A stretch of 17,828 nucleotides of DNA, from the IMG/VR virus record IMGVR_UViG_2563366803_000003; one strand, given 5' to 3'. This stretch comes from a virus (Duplodnaviria > Heunggongvirae > Uroviricota > Caudoviricetes). Below, piece by piece: positions 8,517-15,306 of the stretch (position 1 is its first letter; each line of letters opens with the position of its first letter). A program made the translations under genes and the position numbers. Under the pieces are notes generated by a model. That model was not told where the DNA came from. It searched no databases and saw only the letters and a list, made by a program, of their open reading frames with translations.

Positions 8517-9209
8517 CTACCCATGCTTTCTATATGTCTGCGGCATGCTCCCGATGACTTTCCCGAAGATGAACACGCGGTTCATCTCGTCTTTCTCGAT
8601 CGGGTCCCACGGTGAGTAGCTCTTGTTATCAGAGATAACCAGCAGCTTATCCTTCATCATTTGCAGGCGCTTTACATGGGCGGTGTCGTCATACAGAAAC
8701 GCATAGATACCATCACCGTCGAAAGATTTAACAGTGATATCAACGAACAGAAGATCACCTGGTTCGATCGTTCCTGACATGCTGTCACCGCGTACGTTAA
8801 TGATGCGGATATTTTCTGCCTTCCTGCCATCGAACATGTGACGAGCATCGTCAAACGAGTACTCAACCGAGCGTAGAACTTCTACAAACTCACGGTTGAT
8901 GACTCCCGGCCCGGCACTCACTTCTATATCAAGAACGTCAATCTTGAAGTATTTGGGATGGTTGGCAGTAGGCTTCCCTAATTGTTGACCGTCATTTCTC
9001 ATCGGGCCTATGCCTGATGAGAGCCACTCTGTTCGAACACCCAATGCATTAGCTATTTCAACAATTTTTGTTGAGCCGCGCGCGTTGCCGCTTGTCAGTC
9101 TCCAGATTGTGGGTTGAGCTACCCCAGACGCCTTTGCAAGAGCGCCTTGAGACATTCCAGATTGTTCCATCGCTAGGTTTAAGCGATCAGCAAGAGTTTC
9201 TTTTTTCAT
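8517..9209 (-). CDS. cI: cI-type prophage repressor (N-terminal XRE HTH + C-terminal S24/LexA-like autopeptidase), about 230 aa, leaderless
   Basis: HTH segment LADRLNLAMEQSGMSQGALAKASGVAQPTIWRL; S24 peptidase signature around GDSMSGTIEPGDLLFVD with downstream Lys (HVKRL); ATG at 9209 lies 7 nt after a -10 hexamer. Confidence 0.85.
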   Translation of the reverse strand: MKKETLADRLNLAMEQSGMSQGALAKASGVAQPTIWRLTSGNARGSTKIVEIANALGVRTEWLSSGIGPMRNDGQQLGKPTANHPKYFKIDVLDIEVSAGPGVINREFVEVLRSVEYSFDDARHMFDGRKAENIRIINVRGDSMSGTIEPGDLLFVDITVKSFDGDGIYAFLYDDTAHVKRLQMMKDKLLVISDNKSYSPWDPIEKDEMNRVFIFGKVIGSMPQTYRKHG

Positions 9210-9319
9210 AAGTTTTAATTTATACGCTTGCGTATTGATGGTCAAAACACGTTTTGCTATTGTTATGATTAATACGCATTGCTATTATTTATTCATTGCA
9301 ATACCAATAGGAATTGATA
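9210..9319. promoter_or_regulatory. Divergent immunity control region. Predicted pRM on minus strand (-35 TTGACC at + 9240-9245, -10 TAAATT at 9217-9222, leaderless cI) and pR on plus strand (-35 TTGTTA 9260-9265, -10 TATTAT 9283-9288); operator-like repeats TTGCTATT and palindromes
   Basis: Hexamers and 17-bp spacings read directly; motif shared with 6540-6580. Confidence 0.5.
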
Positions 9320-9547
9320 ATGACAAATCAAACCATTCAACTCGCAATCAGTATTACAGGTAGTCAAAAACGACTGGCAGATCTATGCGGTGTAGCCCAA
9401 CCCACTGTTTGGCGTTGGCTACACGGTGGCGGAATTGATGCCCGCTATGTAATGAAAATTGTCTCAGCCACTGGTGGAAAGATTAAACCAGCAGATATTC
9501 GTCCCGACCTCGCACCATTGTTTAACGCGAGTAATTCTGCCGCCTAA
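9320..9547 (+). CDS. cro: Cro-like HTH regulator of the YdaS family (about 75 aa)
   Basis: HTH segment GSQKRLADLCGVAQPTVWRWL; AGGAA SD 6 nt upstream of ATG 9320; divergent from cI. Confidence 0.7.
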   Translation: MTNQTIQLAISITGSQKRLADLCGVAQPTVWRWLHGGGIDARYVMKIVSATGGKIKPADIRPDLAPLFNASNSAA

Positions 9548-9571
9548 ACTGCGGCGTTAACTGATAAGGCA

Positions 9572-10117
9572 ATGACTATGCAACCACTTACATACCAACA
9601 GACTAGCGGATTTAGCCCGACTGTGGTGATAAATCGTTCTCAAACAAAACAAGCTCCAGGCCACGAAAAAATCCGTGATGCCGTCCGCGCCTGGTCGGCT
9701 GCAGATAATCAGGATGTTGTTGCCGCACTCATTGTGAATGAGTATCGGGAGCAGGGCGGCGGCACCATCGATTTCCCTGATGATGTCAGCCGTGCACGCC
9801 AGAAGCTGTTCCGCTTCCTCGATAACAAATTCGATTCTGAAAAATACCGAAATAACGTGCGTGAACTGACCCCGGCAATTCTGGCGGTACTACCGCTGGA
9901 ATATCGCGGTTACCTGGTTGAGCAGGATAGCTTTATGGCTAGGTTGGCTGAAATGGAAAAGGAACTCAGTGAGGCAAAACAGGCTGTCATTCTCAACGCA
10001 CCACGCCACCAGAAACTGAAGGAGATGAGTGAAGGCATTGTGTCGATGTTTCGAGTGGACCCGGATCTGGCTGGTCCATTGATGGCGATGGTCACCACCA
10101 TGCTGGGGGCAATATGA
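9572..10117 (+). CDS. YdaT-family protein (181 aa), occupying the cII position
   Basis: Recalled resemblance (..EYREQGGG.., ..LTPAILAVLP..) to Rac YdaT-type proteins; always paired with YdaS-type cro; position between cro and O. Confidence 0.5.
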   Translation: MTMQPLTYQQTSGFSPTVVINRSQTKQAPGHEKIRDAVRAWSAADNQDVVAALIVNEYREQGGGTIDFPDDVSRARQKLFRFLDNKFDSEKYRNNVRELTPAILAVLPLEYRGYLVEQDSFMARLAEMEKELSEAKQAVILNAPRHQKLKEMSEGIVSMFRVDPDLAGPLMAMVTTMLGAI

Positions 10118-10203
10118 CAGGTTCAAAAATGGCGAAAGTCGGTCTGCGGGAACAGAACCGACTTTCAGGTGCAAATCGTAACACACTCATTGCGGGAGGA
10201 ATT

Positions 10204-11133
10204 ATGGCAAACACTGCTGAGATATTCAATTTTCCAGTGCCGGATGCGGCACAAAAGGAGCCGCGCGTGGCAGATCTCGATGATGGTTATACGCGCATTG
10301 CAAATGAGTTGCTGGAAGCTGTGATGCTGGCCGGATTAACACAGCACCAGCTTCTGGTCTTCCTGGCTGTCATGCGCAAAACATATGGCTTTAATAAAAA
10401 ACTGGATTGGGTGAGCAACGAGCAACTTTCCGAGTTGACCGGGATATTGCCGCACAAGTGTTCTGCTGCAAAAAGTGTTCTGGTAAAGCGTGGGATTTTT
10501 ATTCAGAGCGGGCGGAATATCGGCATCAATAATGTGGTCAGTGAATGGTCAACATTACCCGAATCGGGTAAGAAAAATAAAGTTTACCTGAAAGAGGTAA
10601 ATTTACCTGAATCAGGTAAGAAAAGTTTACCTAAATCAGGTAAAGGCGTTTACCCGAATCAGGTAAACACAAAAGACAAACTAACAAAAGACAATATAAA
10701 ACCTTTATCGTCCGAGAATTCTGGCGAATCCTCTGACCAGCCAGAAAACGATCTTCCTGTGGTGAAACCGGATGCTGCAATTCAGAGCGGCAGCAAGTGG
10801 GGGACAGCAGAAGACCTGACCGCCGCAGAGTGGATGTTTGACATGGTGAAGACCATCGCGCCATCAGCCAGAAAACCGAATTTTGCAGGGTGGGCTAACG
10901 ATATCCGCCTGATGCGTGAACGTGATGGACGTAACCACCGCGACATGTGCGTGCTGTTCCGCTGGGCATGCCAGGACAACTTCTGGTCCGGTAACGTGCT
11001 GAGTCCGGCTAAACTCCGCGACAAGTGGACCCAGCTCGAAATCAACCGTAACAAGCAACAGGCTGGCGTGACAGCCAGAAAACCAAAACTCGACCTGACA
11101 AACACTGACTGGATTTACGGGGTGGATTTATGA
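10204..11133 (+). CDS. O: Lambda O-type replication initiator (about 309 aa from ATG 10204 with GGGAGG SD)
   Basis: N-terminus MANTAEIFNFP...VADLDDGYTRIANELLEAV...LLVFLAVMRKTYGFNK resembles lambda O N-terminal domain; internal iteron array. Confidence 0.85.
   Translation: MANTAEIFNFPVPDAAQKEPRVADLDDGYTRIANELLEAVMLAGLTQHQLLVFLAVMRKTYGFNKKLDWVSNEQLSELTGILPHKCSAAKSVLVKRGIFIQSGRNIGINNVVSEWSTLPESGKKNKVYLKEVNLPESGKKSLPKSGKGVYPNQVNTKDKLTKDNIKPLSSENSGESSDQPENDLPVVKPDAAIQSGSKWGTAEDLTAAEWMFDMVKTIAPSARKPNFAGWANDIRLMRERDGRNHRDMCVLFRWACQDNFWSGNVLSPAKLRDKWTQLEINRNKQQAGVTARKPKLDLTNTDWIYGVDL
10555..10710 (+). repeat. Phage origin of replication: five 17-bp palindromic iterons TTACC(C/T)GAATC(A/G)GGTAA (10555-10571, 10584-10600, 10603-10619, 10627-10643, 10649-10665) followed by an A-rich tract
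   Basis: Direct repeats read in sequence inside the O gene, as in ori-lambda. Confidence 0.8.
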
Positions 11134-11831
11134 AAAACATCGCCGCACAGATGGTTAACTTTGACCGTGAGCAGATGCGTCGGATCGCCAACAACATGCC
11201 GGAACAGTACGACGAAAAGCCGCAGGTACAGCAGGTAGCGCAGATCATCAACGGTGTGTTCAGCCAGTTACTGGCAACTTTCCCGGCGAGCCTGGCTAAC
11301 CGTGACCAGAATGAACTGAACGAAATCCGCCGCCAGTGGGTTCTGGCTTTCCGGGAAAACGGGATCACCACAATGGAACAGGTTAACGCTGGAATGCGCG
11401 TAGCCCGTCGGCAGAATCGACCATTCCTGCCATCACCCGGGCAGTTTGTCGCCTGGTGCCGGGAAGAAGCATCTGTTAACGCCGGGCTGCCAAACGTCAG
11501 CGAGCTGGTTGATATGGTTTACGAGTATTGCCGGAAGCGTGGCCTGTATCCGGATGCAGAGTCTTATCCGTGGAAATCGAACGCGCATTACTGGTTGGTT
11601 ACCAACTTGTACCAGAACATGCGGGCCAATGCGCTGACTGACGCGGAATTACGGCGCAAGGCTGCCGATGAACTGACCTGTATGACAGCGCGAATTAACC
11701 GTGGTGAGACGATACCTGAACCAGTAAAACAACTTCCTGTTATGGGCGGTAGACCTCTAAATCGTGCACAGGCTCTGGCGAAGATCGCAGAAATTAAAGC
11801 TAAGTTCGGACTGAAAGGAGCAATTGTATGA
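11130..11831 (+). CDS. P: Lambda P-type replication protein (DnaB helicase loader), 233 aa
   Basis: Translation MKNIAAQMVNFDREQMRRIANNMPEQYDEKPQVQQVAQIINGVFSQLLATFPASLANRDQNELNEIRRQW... matches lambda P; ATGA overlap with O. Confidence 0.95.
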   Translation: MKNIAAQMVNFDREQMRRIANNMPEQYDEKPQVQQVAQIINGVFSQLLATFPASLANRDQNELNEIRRQWVLAFRENGITTMEQVNAGMRVARRQNRPFLPSPGQFVAWCREEASVNAGLPNVSELVDMVYEYCRKRGLYPDAESYPWKSNAHYWLVTNLYQNMRANALTDAELRRKAADELTCMTARINRGETIPEPVKQLPVMGGRPLNRAQALAKIAEIKAKFGLKGAIV

Positions 11832-12130
11832 CGGGCAAAGAGGCAATTATTCATTACCTGGGGACGCATAAGAGCTTCTGTGCACAGGACGTTGCCGCGG
11901 TAACAGGCGCAACCGTAACCAGCATAAATCAGGCTGCGGCTAAAATGGCGCGGGCAGGAATCCTGGTCGTTGATGGTAAGGTCTGGCGAACGGTGTATTA
12001 CCGGTTCGCTACCAGAGAAGAACGGGAAGGAAAGGTGAGCACGAATCTGATTTTTAAGGAGTGTCGCCAGAGTGCCGCGATGAAACGGGTATTGAGGGTA
12101 TATAAAAGAACATCAATGGGAACACAATGA
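11828..12130 (+). CDS. ren: Ren (Rex exclusion-escape protein), 100 aa
   Basis: Translation MTGKEAIIHYLGTH.SFCA.DVAA.TGATVTSINQAAAKMARAG... matches lambda Ren; ATGA overlap with P. Confidence 0.9.
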   Translation: MTGKEAIIHYLGTHKSFCAQDVAAVTGATVTSINQAAAKMARAGILVVDGKVWRTVYYRFATREEREGKVSTNLIFKECRQSAAMKRVLRVYKRTSMGTQ

Positions 12131-12197
12131 TGAAACAGGTGAGTTGAGTTCAAACTGTAGTACAATTCTCTCCAGTTTGAACAGGAAAGAATATGCT

Positions 12198-12530
12198 ATG
12201 AACCCTTATATTTATCTTGGTGGTGCAATACTTGCAGAGGTCATTGGTACAACCTTAATGAAGTTTTCAGAAGGTTTTACACGGTTATGGCCATCTGTTG
12301 GTACAATTATTTGTTATTGTGCATCATTCTGGTTATTAGCTCAGACGCTGGCTTATATTCCTACAGGGATTGCTTATGCTATCTGGTCAGGAGTCGGTAT
12401 TGTCCTGATTAGTTTACTGTCATGGGGATTTTTCGGCCAACGGCTGGACCTGCCAGCCATTATAGGCATGATGTTGATTTGTGCCGGTGTGTTGGTTATT
12501 AATTTATTGTCACGAAGCACACCACATTAA
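12198..12530 (+). CDS. emrE: EmrE small multidrug-resistance efflux transporter, 110 aa (prophage moron)
   Basis: Translation MNPYIYLGGAILAEVIGTTLMKFSEGFTRLWPSVGTIICYCASFWLLAQTLAYIPTGIAYAIWSGVGIVLISLLSWGFFGQRLDLPAIIGMMLICAGVL... matches EmrE; AGGAAAG SD. Confidence 0.95.
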   Translation: MNPYIYLGGAILAEVIGTTLMKFSEGFTRLWPSVGTIICYCASFWLLAQTLAYIPTGIAYAIWSGVGIVLISLLSWGFFGQRLDLPAIIGMMLICAGVLVINLLSRSTPH

Positions 12531-12550
12531 AATAATTTGTTTCTAAACGA

Positions 12551-12590
12551 CTAAAATATGGAGGCTCTTATATTTATATGAGCCTCGTTT
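12551..12590 (+). terminator. Rho-independent terminator downstream of emrE (stem gaggctc...gagcctc followed by T-rich tract)
   Basis: Hairpin 12551-12576, T-run 12577-12590. Confidence 0.7.
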
Positions 12591-12784
12591 TATGCTTTTT
12601 GTTAATGTCTTTATTTTTTATGTATTCTTTTGTGCTTTCAAGATTATGGCGTAAGAAAATTGCAATACGATTATTGTTGTATATTCAAGATAATGTGACC
12701 TTAATTGTCTTTTTAAATAAAAATTAAACAAAAATTATATCCCACCACTAAGGTTTATAAAAGCATACGTTAGCAGGTGTCACC

Positions 12785-13624
12785 ATGAAAAAAGCCATAG
12801 CATATATGCGATTTTCATCACCAGGTCAGATGTCTGGTGACTCATTAAACCGACAGAGAAGACTTATTGCTGAATGGTTAAAGGTAAATAGTGATTATTA
12901 TCTTGATACCATAACATATGAAGATTTAGGATTAAGTGCATTCAAAGGAAAGCATGCACAATCAGGAGCTTTTTCGGAATTTTTAGATGCTATAGAGCAT
13001 GGTTATATATTGCCAGGAACTACATTGTTAGTTGAAAGTCTGGACAGACTTTCAAGAGAAAAAGTCGGTGAAGCGATTGAACGTCTGAAATTGATTTTGA
13101 ATCACGGTATTGATGTTATAACTCTTTGCGACAATACAGTCTATAATATTGACTCTTTGAATGAGCCATATTCATTAATAAAAGCCATACTTATAGCACA
13201 AAGGGCAAATGAAGAAAGCGAGATAAAGTCAAGTCGGGTTAAATTATCATGGAAGAAAAAACGGCAGGATGCAATGGAATCAGGTACGATTATGACGGCG
13301 TCTTGTCCGAGATGGCTCTCCTTAGATGACAAAAGAACGGCTTTTGTTCCAGACCCCGACAGGGTGAAAACTATTGAGCTAATTTTTAAACTCAGGATGG
13401 AAAGGCGCTCATTGAATGCAATAGCCAAGTATTTAAATGATCATGCTGTAAAGAATTTCTCAGGAAAAGAAAGTGCATGGGGACCTTCTGTAATTGAAAA
13501 ATTATTAGCGAATAAAGCTCTGATAGGTATATGCGTACCTTCATATCGTGCAAGAGGGAAAGGGATAAGTGAAATCGCTGGCTATTATCCCAGAGTTATA
13601 TCAGATGATTTGTTTTACGCTGTA
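12785..13624 (+). pseudogene. ybcK: ybcK-like serine recombinase, truncated after about 280 codons by IS1
   Basis: N-terminal resolvase-type catalytic domain (AIAYMRFSSPGQMSGDSLNRQRR... with catalytic Ser), reading frame runs into IS1 left terminus at 13625. Confidence 0.8.
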
Positions 13625-13639
13625 GGTAATGACTCCAAC

Positions 13640-14143
13640 TTATTGATAGTGTTTTATGTTCAGATAATGCCCGATGACTTTGTCATGCAGCTCCACCGAT
13701 TTTGAAAACGACAGCGACTTCCGTCCCAGCCGTGCCAGGTGCTGCCTCAGATTCAGGTTATGCCGCTCAATTCGCTGCGTATATCGCTTGCTGATTACGT
13801 GCAGCTTTCCCTTCAGGCGGGATTCATACAGCGGCCAGCCATCCGTCATCCATATCACCACGTCAAAGGGTGACAGCAGGCTCATAAGACGCCCCAGCGT
13901 CGCCATAGTGCGTTCACCGAATACGTGCGCAACAACCGTCTTCCGGAGACTGTCATACGCGTAAAACAGCCAGCGCTGGCGCGATTTAGCCCCGACATAG
14001 CCCCACTGTTCGTCCATTTCCGCGCAGACGATGACGTCACTGCCCGGCTGTATGCGCGAGGTTACCGACTGCGGCCTGAGTTTTTTAAGTGACGTAAAAT
14101 CGTGTTGAGGCCAACGCCCATAATGCGGGCTGTTGCCCGGCAT
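13640..14143 (-). CDS. insB: IS1 InsB (the longer 194-aa ORF in the track is the out-of-frame upstream extension used for InsAB' frameshifting)
   Basis: Same frame and sequence as copy A InsB, with one amino-acid difference (H vs R). Confidence 0.93.
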
Positions 14144-14337
14144 CCAACGCCATTCATGGCCATATCTATGATTTTCTGGTGCGTACCGGGTTGAGAAGCG
14201 GTGTAAGTGAACTGCAGTTGCCATGTTTTACGGCAGTGAGAGCAGAGATAGCGCTGATGTCCGGCGGTGCTTTTGCCGTTACGCACCACCCCGTCAGTAG
14301 CTGAACAGGAGGGACAGCTGATAGAAACAGAAGCCAC
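14062..14337 (-). CDS. insA: IS1 InsA
   Basis: Identical protein to copy A InsA. Confidence 0.95.
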
Positions 14338-14392
14338 TGGAGCACCTCAAAAACACCATCATACACTAAATCAGTAAGTTGGCAGCATCACC

Positions 14393-14512
14393 CTCACTAA
14401 AGCAGGTTTCTGGCTGGATGATGCTCAGGTCGTTGATTACCGCGTTGTGAAGATGCCTGTTACCAAAGGTGGGAGGCTGGAACTGACCATCACCGAAATG
14501 GGGAATGAATGA
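14393..14512 (+). pseudogene. rusA: 3' fragment (last 39 codons) of rusA Holliday-junction resolvase, fused directly to the IS1 terminus
   Basis: Translation [39 protein letters not shown] equals the RusA C-terminus as recalled; no start codon or N-terminal part. Confidence 0.8.
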
Positions 14513-14649
14513 TGTTTGAGTTTAATATAGCAGAACTTCTTCGCCACCGCTGGGGGCGTCTGCGCTTATATCGTTTCCCCGGTTCTGTTTTGACCGATTA
14601 CCGAATACTGAAGAATTACGCCAAAACCCTGACAGGAGCAGGAGTATGA
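14509..14649 (+). CDS. ylcG: YlcG small protein (46 aa), start overlaps rusA stop (ATGA)
   Basis: Translation [46 protein letters not shown] matches DLP12 YlcG as recalled. Confidence 0.7.
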   Translation: MMFEFNIAELLRHRWGRLRLYRFPGSVLTDYRILKNYAKTLTGAGV

Positions 14650-14734
14650 AGTCAGAGATAACAATCAACTAATACTGTTTTATTGATTTTTGCTTGTAAT
14701 TGGCGTTCTGGTCTGATTTTTGTGGAGTAAGTTG

Positions 14735-15118
14735 ATGCGTGATATTCAGATGGTTCTTGAGCGTTGGGGAGCGTGGGCGGCTAATAATCATGAAGATGTG
14801 ACCTGGTCGTCCATTGCCGCCGGTTTTAAGGGATTAATTCCTTCAAAAGTAAAATCTCGCCCGCAATGTTGTGACGATGACGCGATGATCATTTGCGGGT
14901 GCATGGCCCGTCTGAAAAAGAACAACAGCGATTTGCACGATTTATTAGTAGATTATTATGTAGTCGGTATGACATTCATGTCACTGGCAGGTAAGCATTG
15001 CTGCTCTGATGGTTATATCGGGAAAAGGTTACAAAAGGCTGAGGGCATAATTGAAGGGATGTTAATGGCATTAGATATCCGGTTAGAGATGGATATCGTT
15101 GTTAATAACTCTAATTAA
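14735..15118 (+). CDS. quuD: Late-gene antiterminator Q (QuuD-like), 127 aa
   Basis: Translation [24 protein letters not shown]...[16 protein letters not shown]... with Cys-rich zinc-binding motif; GGAG SD 7 nt upstream. Confidence 0.85.
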   Translation: MRDIQMVLERWGAWAANNHEDVTWSSIAAGFKGLIPSKVKSRPQCCDDDAMIICGCMARLKKNNSDLHDLLVDYYVVGMTFMSLAGKHCCSDGYIGKRLQKAEGIIEGMLMALDIRLEMDIVVNNSN

Positions 15119-15143
15119 TACGCCAATTATTTACTAAAAGTTA

Positions 15144-15298
15144 TTAAAAATGGGGCGTTGAAACGCCCCCAAAAATAAAGGGTAATATATAACAGAAGGT
15201 TTGTATAGTTAGAAGCAAGGTTGTGCTTCTAAAGGAAGTGGCTTGAGGGAGCCACTTATATGTTGGGGAGGCAAAGCCTCCCACAACATATCTTTTAG
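15144..15298. promoter_or_regulatory. Q-downstream region with three hairpins (15151-15170, 15238-15256, 15257-15290). Likely contains pR'/qut and a tR'-like terminator on + strand (15257-15298) and a convergent terminator for the porin gene on minus strand (15144-15170)
   Basis: Stem-loops read directly; the 15151-15170 hairpin is followed by a T-run on the minus strand, the 15257-15290 hairpin by CTTTT on the plus strand. Confidence 0.4.
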
Positions 15299-15306
15299 TA
15301 ATCAAA

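Larger units (their letters stand above)
13625..14392 (-). mobile_element. IS1 copy B, complete (768 bp) with both terminal inverted repeats
   Basis: Starts ggtaatgactccaacttattgatagtg, ends ...gttggcagcatcacc; contains insA (14062-14337) and insB (13640-14143); no matching 9-bp target duplication at flanks. Confidence 0.97.

Noticed and set aside
8672-8866. 64-aa ORF inside cI
   Set aside because: Alternative frame within the repressor gene; no support.
9245-9245. TTG start giving a 242-aa cI (and TTG starts giving longer cro at 9314 and Q at 14720)
   Set aside because: The TTG at 9243-9245 coincides with the predicted pRM -35 hexamer; downstream ATG codons (9209, 9320, 14735) have better context, so the track's longer ORFs are probably artefacts of allowing TTG starts.
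10555-10665. Possibility that the regularly spaced repeats form a CRISPR array
   Set aside because: Repeats are 17-bp palindromes with very short spacers, sit inside the O reading frame and are followed by an A-rich tract: this is a replication origin iteron array, not CRISPR.
9890-11371. Several minus-strand ORFs (63-109 aa) antisense to ydaT-like, O and P
   Set aside because: Shadow ORFs opposite well-supported replication genes.
13640-14224. 194-aa extended InsB ORF in IS1 copy B
   Set aside because: The N-terminal extension is the out-of-frame overlap region used for InsAB' frameshifting; the independent product is the 167-aa InsB.
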